The notes under the pieces: generated by a model | Seen by the model: only the letters and a program-made list of their open reading frames with translations | The model's database searches: none | What the model was told of the DNA's origin: nothing | Part shown: positions 29,307 to 38,348 of the stretch, one piece after another | Position numbering within the stretch: position 1 is the stretch's first letter | Layout of the letters: each line of letters opens with the position of its first letter | Translations under genes and position numbers: made by a program | Source of the DNA: Methanomethylovorans hollandica DSM 15978 | Lineage (GTDB): Archaea; Halobacteriota; Methanosarcinia; Methanosarcinales; Methanosarcinaceae | Length of the DNA: 64,000 nucleotides | Assembly (NCBI RefSeq): GCF_000328665.1 | Contig: NC_019972.1 | Coordinates: forward strand, 62,001 to 126,000 | Reading direction: 5' to 3'

Positions 29307-29996
29307 CTACGTATCCCTGTATACACCGCCTCCACTTCCAAGAAACCCGTCAACTTTTGTCCATCCTTTTTGAGGCCCTAATAATTTGACGTTCATCCAA
29401 TCCGAATAATCGTTCTCTTGACATCCCATGATCCACCATTCATTGTAACCATCTGCCATAATTGTGATATCTACAATTGCATTAGGAGATGTTTCGTATT
29501 CTGCATATAGAATACTTTCATAATCATACTGCTTTCTGAAAGAATACCCTTCGTCATTTGTGGGTTTGACATTGTATTTTGGACGTAGTACCAGATCATT
29601 AATGAGGGGGTCCAATGTATCGATGGTACGGTTTGGGAAAATCATTGTTGAACGGGAATGGAGCGTGGGATTTATTTTATCGGTCTTCATGGAAAGCATA
29701 AGCCCATGTTCTGTTTCTATAAGGGAATAATTCCATGAGTTATCATTGTTATTGAAGTTGTTTTTGATAATATCTTCTCCAATAGCAGAGATATTATTCA
29801 GAGCCATGAGTGGTAGATAAAGAGTCATATTTTTTAGGGTAGCATTGGGCGATATCTCAACTGTATATCCATAATTACTCTGGTAGCTTTGGTTATATAT
29901 TTCCTGGTTTCTGTCCTCTATCCATGAAGATATTACAAAAAAACCGATTACTGATACAAGAAAAAATATGATCATCACTTTGAACAGTGTTCTCAT
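29307..29996 (-). CDS. hypothetical protein with N-terminal membrane anchor
   Basis: 229-aa ORF, hydrophobic N-terminus. Confidence 0.7.
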   Translation of the reverse strand: MRTLFKVMIIFFLVSVIGFFVISSWIEDRNQEIYNQSYQSNYGYTVEISPNATLKNMTLYLPLMALNNISAIGEDIIKNNFNNNDNSWNYSLIETEHGLMLSMKTDKINPTLHSRSTMIFPNRTIDTLDPLINDLVLRPKYNVKPTNDEGYSFRKQYDYESILYAEYETSPNAIVDITIMADGYNEWWIMGCQENDYSDWMNVKLLGPQKGWTKVDGFLGSGGGVYRDT

Positions 29997-30047
29997 CTAT
30001 AGTACTCCGAAAGCGTTTATGGTAGTTATTTTCTTAATAGGTGCAGT

Positions 30048-30290
30048 TTATTTTCGAATTGTTTTGTAAGACACGTATATCAATAGAAATATCCCTGCAG
30101 ATATCATCAGGCCTGCGCTATATCCAGCATCTGGGCCAGGTGATACAAGGTTCTTTCCGGTAATTATTGCGTATGCTAATGATGGTAAAGCTATGATAAT
30201 AGGAGTAAGTACCAATGTTTTTCCTACTATCTCTAATGTACGCAGACATTCATCGTTCAAATTCTCATCATCTTTTACTGTTGGTTGCAT
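30048..30290 (-). CDS. small 2-TM protein, paralog of 16900-17121
   Basis: See paralog; start at MQPT after a G-rich RBS. Confidence 0.75.
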   Translation of the reverse strand: MQPTVKDDENLNDECLRTLEIVGKTLVLTPIIIALPSLAYAIITGKNLVSPGPDAGYSAGLMISAGIFLLIYVSYKTIRK

Positions 30291-30360
30291 TTTCTCTCCC
30301 CCTAAGCACATTGCATAAATATATCCAATGAGTAGCTACTTCCATACTACTAGTGAATTG

Positions 30361-30376
30361 TGGCCACAGCCTGAAC
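30361..30376 (-). promoter_or_regulatory. GTTC-N6/7-TGGCCA motif copy 5
   Basis: + strand TGGCCACAGCCTGAAC. Confidence 0.45.
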
Positions 30377-30398
30377 TGTCACATATCAGGAGAAGCAA

Positions 30399-30872
30399 AT
30401 GTCGAGAACTAATCTGGAATCAAAGGAATTGTTAGGATATATAGTAGGATTCGGTGTTTTTCTGATCTGGTCTTTTTCAATGCTTATGTCTGTAGAAAAA
30501 ACCACTCCAATATCTGATTGGATTATGTATGGTCCGATAGCATTCTCTTTAGCATCGTGTCACTACCTTTTATCAAAGAACGTTATTGACTCCAACAAAA
30601 AGATAGATGATAAGATCAGTATTATGAGCAATGTAATTGGCATGATATTATGGTATGCTGTAATAGTCATCATATCACCGCGGTACATACTAATCAGCGA
30701 TGTTAATTTGGCTGGAGGATATATTCTCATATTCTTGATATACTTTATATCAAGAAGTCGGCTTGCTGAAACACAAAGATCAAAAGAGTTTACTTTCAAT
30801 TTCTTTATCTTACTGATTATGATTTTCAATCATGTTGCTGATTTGTTGATGCCTTATATATTCCCAAAATAA
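30399..30872 (+). CDS. multi-pass membrane protein
   Basis: About 5 hydrophobic segments, AGGAG RBS. Confidence 0.7.
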   Translation: MSRTNLESKELLGYIVGFGVFLIWSFSMLMSVEKTTPISDWIMYGPIAFSLASCHYLLSKNVIDSNKKIDDKISIMSNVIGMILWYAVIVIISPRYILISDVNLAGGYILIFLIYFISRSRLAETQRSKEFTFNFFILLIMIFNHVADLLMPYIFPK

Positions 30873-31004
30873 AAAATCCACATTTTATTTTTTTATGCAT
30901 ATTGCATTATTGTGTTCGTTTGCATTTCCATACCAACATATTCAGCACTACTATATTTTTCTCATGATCGACACAGGTTATTCAAGCATCTTTTCTATTG
31001 GTTC

Positions 31005-31574
31005 TTATGCAAAGAGTATTTCTGCAATTTTTTGTGTCACGTTCGCTTCGATGAAAGCAGCTACAACAACAAGAGCAAATGAAGTTCCTGCGAGCAAAAG
31101 AAAATCTGTAATTTCGTTTCTATTCAGAAAATACTCTTTTTTGTTTGTGATATACCGTATGAGTTCACAAGGTATTTTAAAACCTGCAGCTCCTGCAATC
31201 CACATTGCAGGTAGTTCGAATAATGCATGAGGAATTATAAGTGCCATAGCTTTTGTAATTGAATAATACTGAAATGCACTTGCTGTAGCTGCTCCAAATA
31301 TCAATCCATTTGTAAACAAGTTTAGTACTGTTATCGATCCAAGAAAAATAGACCCAAAAAGCAGATACAAAAGTACGAGTCCATTTCTCTGAATTAACAT
31401 GATCGTTGTTAAATGATCATTTCCCGGAGTAAACATTTCATTGACATAACTTGTGTTTTGTGTATCCGAGAAATGATACAAAGAAAAGATGGCAACAATA
31501 GTTCCTAAAAGAAATGTTCCAAATGAAGCCCATAGAAGGCTTTTGTTTCTCCTCGCTAACGACAATATTGCCAT
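31005..31574 (-). CDS. SpoIIM/DUF95 family membrane protein
   Basis: QRN..NLFTNG..IIPHALFELPA..VAAFIEANVT motifs. Confidence 0.9.
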   Translation of the reverse strand: MAILSLARRNKSLLWASFGTFLLGTIVAIFSLYHFSDTQNTSYVNEMFTPGNDHLTTIMLIQRNGLVLLYLLFGSIFLGSITVLNLFTNGLIFGAATASAFQYYSITKAMALIIPHALFELPAMWIAGAAGFKIPCELIRYITNKKEYFLNRNEITDFLLLAGTSFALVVVAAFIEANVTQKIAEILFA

Positions 31575-31585
31575 GATATTATAAT

Positions 31586-31828
31586 TTAATTACTAGTGTT
31601 TTTCTGCTTCTTTGAAATGTGGAATTTACCGAAGTAGAAAATTCCAATTAGAAATACGATGACTCCTATAACTGTCAAGTATATTGATAGGTTAAAGAAA
31701 CTTGCGATTATAACAATCAAAGATCCAATTGATACTAAAAGCAAACCAATATTCTGCATGTTCTTTGAACTATTCTCTAGCATATTATCACAATCTTGAC
31801 TTAAAGTACTATTTTGTAGTGTGCGCAC
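31586..31828 (-). CDS. small 2-TM protein with basic tail, candidate immunity protein
   Basis: Lies between precursor and DUF95; ends SKKQKNTSN; true start uncertain. Confidence 0.55.
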   Translation of the reverse strand: MRTLQNSTLSQDCDNMLENSSKNMQNIGLLLVSIGSLIVIIASFFNLSIYLTVIGVIVFLIGIFYFGKFHISKKQKNTSN

Positions 31829-31854
31829 ACCTTATATGTTGATTGATCTAAGCA

Positions 31855-32055
31855 TTAGAGTGAGAATGTGTCTGCACCAACCAATGCCCAAGCTACACTT
31901 GCTGGAATTGTTGCATAGCCAGCTGTTACAAGTATTGATATAACTACGCTTGCAGTACCAGCAGCAAGTATAGCCCAAACCAACCAGTTAGGTGGATGGT
32001 ATATACCAACTTGTGCAAGTATACCGACAACAGACGCAGCTGCCATTAACACCAT
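31855..32055 (-). CDS. putative circular bacteriocin-like precursor A
   Basis: 66 aa, very hydrophobic, GGAGGTGA RBS; last 58 aa are colinear with recalled gassericin A; DUF95 neighbour. Confidence 0.75.
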   Translation of the reverse strand: MVLMAAASVVGILAQVGIYHPPNWLVWAILAAGTASVVISILVTAGYATIPASVAWALVGADTFSL

Positions 32056-32452
32056 ATATTTTTCACCTCCACATGTTTGAATGTTGAGCTAATTAGCAAC
32101 AAATCATGGAGATCATTCTATATAAAATGACAATGTGCATGTAAGTTATCTAAAGTATGTGTAACTTTATATATAAGTATATGTGTAGGTATGTTTATTT
32201 TTTTCTATAATATGTGATATTTAGGTATCCTCTAAAATACTCAACAAAAGATTATTTTCGTGGAGAGCAGAAGAAGCACGAGTAAATAAAAAGTTGTGAA
32301 ACGAGATCATTTTTCAAAATTAACAGTTAACGCAATTGAAGTTATAAAAATAGTAAAAAAATGATTTAATCGTTAAAAGTATCCTGTTTCGAAATATAAT
32401 TAGTGATTATGTTGTGGTGTGCGCACACCTTATATGTTGATTGATTTAAGCA

Positions 32453-32653
32453 TTAGAGTGAGAACGAATTAGCACCAACCAATGCCCAAGCTACACTTGC
32501 TGGAATTGTTGCATAGCCAGCTGTTACGAGTATTGATATAACTACGCTTGCAGTGCCTGCAGCAAGTATTGCCCAAACTAACCAGTTAGGGGGATGGTAT
32601 ATACCAACCTGTGCAAGTATACTGACAACAGACGCAGCTGCCATTAATACCAT
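32453..32653 (-). CDS. putative circular bacteriocin-like precursor B
   Basis: 63 of 66 aa identical to copy A, many synonymous differences. Confidence 0.75.
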   Translation of the reverse strand: MVLMAAASVVSILAQVGIYHPPNWLVWAILAAGTASVVISILVTAGYATIPASVAWALVGANSFSL

Positions 32654-32716
32654 ATATTTTCACCTCCGTATGTTTAAATGTTGAGCTAATTAGCAATAAG
32701 TCATGGAGAATCATTG

Positions 32717-32785
32717 TATATAAAATAACAATGTGTATGTACGTAGTCTAGAATGGATGTAACTTAATATACAAGTAGATATGTA
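32717..32785 (-). promoter_or_regulatory. TATA box with upstream TACATA (EarA-type) boxes
   Basis: TTTTATATA 32725-32717; TACATA 32741-32736 and 32785-32780; one-mismatch equivalents in copy A (32119-32187). Confidence 0.5.
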
Positions 32786-33130
32786 GACATGCATTTTTTT
32801 ATATATTGATTACGATATATTTGGATAATCTTAAATACTTTACAACAGCTTACCTTTCTGTTAAACATATAAAATAATATAATTAATTGTTTAAGGTAAG
32901 ACTTCACGTTATGGGCATACACAAACTAATCTACTGTGTTAGTTGTAAAATCATAATAAGATGGGAATGGAGGATTATGTGAGATTAATCTGGCATTAAT
33001 GCTAAAATATATTAAATTGTGGTAAACTCGTGGAGACTAACGGTGGTGGTGTTGGAATCTAATTGTGCATTAATATCCTTTAGATCTGCGAGCACCCATA
33101 TACAAGAAAAGATATTAAAGGGTGTAAATA

Positions 33131-33466
33131 GTGGAACAAGAAGTTATTTTAGACAGGCAAATAAAGGATTGTGATCCGAAGCTAATCCGTTCTTTAATGA
33201 GAAGTGAAGTTAGGAAATCTATTCTATTATATTTGTATGATATTTATCCTCTATCATCGTATCCTGCTGAGATTGCTCGTCGTGTAAATGCGAATCCAAT
33301 CAATGTAATTGGAGCTATTAAAGGGGTTAAGACTCGTTATAATTGCTCAAGCTCACTGCTTCATCTTGGGATAATTTCAGTGATCGAGGACAATGGATTG
33401 AAATTTTATCAAATATCTGAAACAGGAATTGAATTGGCTAAACATTTGATAGAAATATCAGATTGA
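33131..33466 (+). CDS. EarA-family (DUF1495) winged-helix transcriptional activator
   Basis: DPKLIRSLMRSEVRKSIL..YP..Y.AEIARRV..P.NVIG..KG...RYN...SLL.LG pattern. Confidence 0.8.
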   Translation: MEQEVILDRQIKDCDPKLIRSLMRSEVRKSILLYLYDIYPLSSYPAEIARRVNANPINVIGAIKGVKTRYNCSSSLLHLGIISVIEDNGLKFYQISETGIELAKHLIEISD

Positions 33467-33520
33467 ACTACAACTCATTGAAATGTTTACGCTGCTTTCT
33501 ATAAAGGAGATACATAAACA

Positions 33521-34165
33521 ATGTTGGATATAAAAGGTGTTCTGCTTGATCCGAATGATTTTTTCAGAAAGAAGACTAATGAAAAAGTAAGCTTAAAGGA
33601 ACCATTTTTTATTGTATTGATTAACAGTATTATTGCTGTAATATCAAGTATGCTAGTAATGAAAAAAGTCATGACTATGCTTCCATCTGAGATATCAACG
33701 TATATGGTTCCAGGTTTAGCAGTTGGTACAATCGTAGGCATAATTGCATCATTTTCGTTCTGGTTGATTTTTTCGGGTATCATTTATGTTATTTCAAGTC
33801 GTTTTAACTCGAGTGGTTCGTTTAAAAGAACAATAGAATTTGTTGGTTATGGGTATATTCCAAAGGCCTTTGCAGCATTTATTGGGTTATTGGTATTGTA
33901 TTTGATACTACCCTCAATAGATGTCTCGACACAAAATTCACAGTTAATGCAACAAAGCATCGATCAGTTGATTTCGCATAATCCATTATTATGGATATAT
34001 CAGTTTGTAGGAATTCTGTGTGCTTTGTGGAGTGCAAATATTTGGATTTTTGCGACTTCATATGCTAGAAAAATATCGGTAAAAAATGCTTTTTTTTCAC
34101 TGCTGATCCCTGTTGGACTTGCGCTTGTATATAGTACATATAATTTGGTAAATTCGATAACATGA
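33521..34165 (+). CDS. Yip1 domain membrane protein
   Basis: VLLDPNDFF, GSFKRTIEFVGYGYIP, about 5 TM. Confidence 0.85.
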   Translation: MLDIKGVLLDPNDFFRKKTNEKVSLKEPFFIVLINSIIAVISSMLVMKKVMTMLPSEISTYMVPGLAVGTIVGIIASFSFWLIFSGIIYVISSRFNSSGSFKRTIEFVGYGYIPKAFAAFIGLLVLYLILPSIDVSTQNSQLMQQSIDQLISHNPLLWIYQFVGILCALWSANIWIFATSYARKISVKNAFFSLLIPVGLALVYSTYNLVNSIT

Positions 34166-34198
34166 TGCAAAGAGAAAATTACAGATATATTTTATTTT

Positions 34199-34938
34199 GG
34201 CATTGTTAATTAAACATCGCTAACTCTTTATTTCTATATTTCATTAAGAGGATAACAGAATACTTCAGCATTTCAATACTCTTTGTATAACACTTGGACT
34301 TTCTTCTCAATCTTGCCAGAAAGTGTCTCAATATGCTGTTATATCCTTCAACAGTATATGTTTCAGCTTTGGATTGAGTATGAATAGTTTCTGGAAGAAA
34401 CTCTGCATATGCCTTCCAGTGATCAGTCATCACTTCGCCTATCTTCTTCCTCTCTAACTTTTCCCAAAGTTGTTGTCCGGTTTCCGTTCCTCTGCTACCA
34501 AAAGAGCAGTCGATGAACTTTTTCCCAACTCTATCAACAGCAATCCAGATCCAGCAGTATTTTTTTTGTTCCCGATGTAGGTGTGCATCTCATCAAATTC
34601 AACGATATTTATCTCATTTTCACTCTTCAAGTCCTCCATATCCTTACCATATTTCTTTATCCAATTTTGTACAGAAACATGGCTGACCCCTAATATACGT
34701 CCTATTGAACGAAATCCTAATCCCTCCAGATAGAGTTGCAAAGCCTGCCGTTTAACAAAAGCAGAGCTTGCAGTTGATTTGAGCTCTACTGAATAGTTAT
34801 ATCCACAATCATGACATTGGTATCGTTGGCGTTCACTTATTTTTCCGTTCTTTTTATGATTAGGGCTTTTACACCTGGGACAGTTCATGCAGAACTATAA
34901 GTCCTAATAACATATAACCATGTTTACTTACCAATGCC
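34199..34938 (-). mobile_element. IS1-family element, 740 bp
   Basis: TIRs GGCATTGTTAATTAAA/GGCATTGGTAAGTAAA; 8-bp TSD TTTATTTT at 34191-34198 and 34939-34946. Confidence 0.95.
34206..34888 (-). CDS. IS1 transposase (InsA-InsB, -1 frameshift)
   Basis: CPRC/CHDC Zn ribbon and HTH; A8 tract at 34560-34567 shifts into YCWIWIAVD..MTDHW..VEGYNS. Confidence 0.85.
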
Positions 34939-36136
34939 TTTATTTTTAATTATTCTGACTCTGGTTGTCACTCCTGTTAAAGGGGAGACAACTATCAGAC
35001 CAACTGTAGTTGTAGATTATGAAATCGATCCAGCTGTATATATGCCAGGGGATAATGGCACAGTTACGATAATACTCGAAAATAAGGCAGACGGAGAGGT
35101 TTATGTTCAGGAAGAAGATGAGACTTTTGATATGAATGCCTATATTTCAAGTGCAATTGTCGGAGGGGATAAAGATATTGAAGTTTTGGACAGCGGTTAC
35201 TCAAATATTGGTCTTCTAGGTCCAGGCGATACGATAAAATTGGTTTTTAATATTCAAGTTAAATCAAATGCTTCTAATGGTGTCCACTTTTTGTATTTTG
35301 ATTTAATTGGCGGAAGTAATATGGATGATTTTAACTACAAGATCCCAATAACAGTTGATGACAGGAATATTCAATTGATAATGGCAAATTATCCATCGGT
35401 TGTAATTAATGAAGTATCAACAATAAGTGTTGATATTGCTAATATACGCCCTAATTCTGTATCCAACGTTATTGTAAAACCTATAGGAAAGGATATCTCC
35501 TTTACCCCATCTGAAGTTTTTATTGGAACTATTTCCGGAGGAAACAAATCCAATATATCATTTAATATGAATACTGTTGGATTGAATCCAGGATCCAAAG
35601 ATATCTCATTTTTAGTTTCATATTACAATGGAAATAATTATCATAGTCTAGAGGGACCAAAAACATCTATAAACGTAATGAACCAATCTGAATTGCTTTT
35701 ATCCGATGTTAGTATTGAAAATATAGGCAGCAAATATACAATTACAGGGAATCTTAACAACGTTGGAATTAAGGATGTAAAAAATGTAGTGATATCTGTC
35801 CTTAAATCTGATAACATTGAGCCTTTACAGCCAAATGTACGTTATTTTATAGGTTCCCTGGAAGCAGATGATTTCGGTAGTTTTGAATTATCAGCTCAGG
35901 TTAATTCCTTAAATAAATCTAGTATTCCAGTTCAGATAGAATATAGAAACATAGATAATGCCTATACTCATGTTACTGAATCGATTGATTTAGAGAGCAG
36001 TATACCTGATCAGAACTCTCAGGTTTTATCTAATAATACTACTATTTTGCCAATTGCAGTTATTGTTGCATTATTATTGTGTGTTGGAATCGTGGGTATT
36101 ATCAGAAATTCTTGGAAAAAAAGGGAAAATATCTAA
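34934..36136 (+). CDS. COG1361 S-layer-domain protein; native start (34162/34165) cut off by IS1
   Basis: PAVYMPGD, IGLLGPGD, FIGSLEADDFGSFEL; C-terminal TM. Confidence 0.8.
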   Translation: MPLFLIILTLVVTPVKGETTIRPTVVVDYEIDPAVYMPGDNGTVTIILENKADGEVYVQEEDETFDMNAYISSAIVGGDKDIEVLDSGYSNIGLLGPGDTIKLVFNIQVKSNASNGVHFLYFDLIGGSNMDDFNYKIPITVDDRNIQLIMANYPSVVINEVSTISVDIANIRPNSVSNVIVKPIGKDISFTPSEVFIGTISGGNKSNISFNMNTVGLNPGSKDISFLVSYYNGNNYHSLEGPKTSINVMNQSELLLSDVSIENIGSKYTITGNLNNVGIKDVKNVVISVLKSDNIEPLQPNVRYFIGSLEADDFGSFELSAQVNSLNKSSIPVQIEYRNIDNAYTHVTESIDLESSIPDQNSQVLSNNTTILPIAVIVALLLCVGIVGIIRNSWKKRENI

Positions 36137-36139
36137 TCA

Positions 36140-36829
36140 GTGATTTTGATGCAAAACAATATTCTTGAATTGAGAGATGTAACAAAAATATACAAGATGG
36201 GGTCTTGTGATATTCGTGCTTTGAATAAAATCAATATCTCGATTAAAAAAGGGGATTTTGTAACGATCATGGGTCCTTCGGGTTCTGGAAAATCTACGCT
36301 TCTTAATATGATAGGTTGTCTCGATCTCCCGACTGAAGGAACAATCAGATTGAATAATCAAGATTTATCTACTCTCGATGACGATGAGCTAACGATAATT
36401 CGTAGGGATAATATTGGATTCATTTTCCAGCAGTTTAATCTGATACAAACGCTGACGGCAATTGAAAACATTGAAATGCCAATGATTTTCAGTAAAGAAT
36501 CTGCACATGAACGAAGAAATAAAGCACTTCTATTGCTTGAATGTGCAAATCTAGAACAAAAATATATGGATCATAAACCAAGAGAACTTTCAGGAGGTCA
36601 GCAGCAACGAGTTGCAATAGCTCGTGCTCTTGCAAATAATCCCCCTATTATTCTTGCAGACGAGCCAACTGGAAATCTAGATACTAAAACTGGCCATAGT
36701 GTAATGGAACTTTTAAGGGATTTATGTAATAAAGGCAAAACTGTGATTGTTGTTACTCATGATTCAAGGCTTGTTGAATATTCAAATCGAGTGATTGAAA
36801 TAAAAGATGGTGACGTATGCAGCGTATAA
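36140..36829 (+). CDS. MacB/LolD-type ABC ATP-binding protein
   Basis: [32 protein letters not shown]. Confidence 0.95.
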   Translation: MILMQNNILELRDVTKIYKMGSCDIRALNKINISIKKGDFVTIMGPSGSGKSTLLNMIGCLDLPTEGTIRLNNQDLSTLDDDELTIIRRDNIGFIFQQFNLIQTLTAIENIEMPMIFSKESAHERRNKALLLLECANLEQKYMDHKPRELSGGQQQRVAIARALANNPPIILADEPTGNLDTKTGHSVMELLRDLCNKGKTVIVVTHDSRLVEYSNRVIEIKDGDVCSV

Positions 36830-37977
36830 TTAATATTGGAAATATGTATGCAGAATTAGCAAAAAGAAATCTGCAACGTCATAATGCACGTACAATTCTG
36901 GCAACAATAGGAATAATAATTGGTGTAATTGCTATTTCATCGACTGGAATTCTGGGAAATAGCCTAAAATTATCTGTTACTAAGTCCCTTGGAGAAGCAG
37001 GTAATGAAATTATCTTATATCCTGCATATGGTGAATCAGGTATATCTGATAAACAGATAAATCAGGTATCTAAAGTTGAAGGTATTGAGCGTCTAATCCC
37101 GATTTTATCGAATAGTATAGAGGTATCAAACAGTGATGAATCAACCTATGCCACAATATATGGTGTTAGTAAAGATGATCTATATTATTTAGTAGAAATC
37201 GATACAGGACGTTTTTTTTCAAGCGATTCAAAAGATTGTGTGATTGGTTCAAGTTTAGCTGAGTCATTGAATATAAAAACAGGTGACAAATTAACGTTTA
37301 ATGAATTCAAATATAGAGTGGTTGGTATACTCAAAGAGGAAGGATTTGGTATTGGGATAAGTCCAGATAATGCAATTTTTGTTGCTCCAGAAAGGTATAA
37401 TAATTTGTATGATGACCAGGATGATGGATATACATCTGTAGTTTTGAAAATAAAAGATATTCATGATATTGAAAGTGTAAAAGAATCTATAGATGAAAGA
37501 TTAAATAAAAAAGAAGATGTTGTAGAGGTATTAGCAACCGATACCATGTTAAAAAGTATAAATACAATATTTACTTCGATTTCTTTGTTTTTAATGGGTA
37601 TAGGATCTATTTCATTACTAGTAGCAGGTGTTGGAATTTTGAATGTTATGTTGATGTCTGCAATGGAACGCACGAAAGAAATAGGGATAATGAAAGCTGT
37701 AGGAGCATCTAGAAATGATATTCTCAAAATGTTTATTCTGGAAGCACTCTTTTTAGGGATACTTGCGAGCCTTATATGTGGTGTGTTAAGCTTTGGAGTT
37801 GGGCTCTTCGTAGATCTTCTTATACTAAAGGATCTTTCATATTTGTTTATGCCATCAACGATTTTGTACATAATCGTTGGAATTGCATTTGGGATTCTTA
37901 CAAGTCTTGTTGGTGGTGTCTACCCGGCCTGGAAAGCATCAAAAATGCATCCATTAAACGCACTTCGGTACGATTAA
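36817..37977 (+). CDS. MacB/FtsX-type ABC permease
   Basis: ISLLVAGVGILNVM..ERTKEIGIMKAVGA..YPAWKASKMHP..ALRYD. Confidence 0.93.
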   Translation: MQRIINIGNMYAELAKRNLQRHNARTILATIGIIIGVIAISSTGILGNSLKLSVTKSLGEAGNEIILYPAYGESGISDKQINQVSKVEGIERLIPILSNSIEVSNSDESTYATIYGVSKDDLYYLVEIDTGRFFSSDSKDCVIGSSLAESLNIKTGDKLTFNEFKYRVVGILKEEGFGIGISPDNAIFVAPERYNNLYDDQDDGYTSVVLKIKDIHDIESVKESIDERLNKKEDVVEVLATDTMLKSINTIFTSISLFLMGIGSISLLVAGVGILNVMLMSAMERTKEIGIMKAVGASRNDILKMFILEALFLGILASLICGVLSFGVGLFVDLLILKDLSYLFMPSTILYIIVGIAFGILTSLVGGVYPAWKASKMHPLNALRYD

Positions 37978-38024
37978 TCTAATCCGGAGGATTTCCGAAT
38001 ATACCAAAAATATACTATTATCGG

Positions 38025-38062
38025 AGTGAACTACCATCCTGTTCAACGGGCGGTAGTTCACT
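38025..38062. repeat. palindrome of two inverted IS605-type right-end termini
   Basis: AGTGAACTACC...GGTAGTTCACT; GGTAGTTCAC is the end of both tnpB elements. Confidence 0.6.
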
Positions 38063-38348
38063 GTCATATAATTTTTTATTAAACTGTCTTTTTTGTAACA
38101 TATGGGACTTAATAACGATACATCGAACCAGAATATAAAAAGATATATATGTATTAAATTATATTATTATATTGCTTGCATGTATTTGGAATTCAAGCTG
38201 ACAATTAAGTTGGTTTGAATATCCAATTCATTTTTCGTGTTAATATAAATTCAATTTTAGAAATATTGTACATTTCGGCCTTAAATTAGACAATAATTAT
38301 AGATTATTTGACATAATCTTAAATAGTATTGACAATATCCGTCTCTTC

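Larger units (their letters stand above)
31820..32840. repeat. tandem duplication (offset 598 bp) of the peptide gene plus promoter
   Basis: About 31820-32240 matches about 32418-32840. Confidence 0.9.

Noticed and set aside
16871..30376. Integron attC sites
   Set aside because: No RYYYAAC..GTTRRRY hairpins and no integrase; the motif position fits promoters
31855..32653. Type IV pilin or archaellin identity for the 66-aa peptides
   Set aside because: No basic class III signal with a K/R-G/A cleavage site and no globular domain
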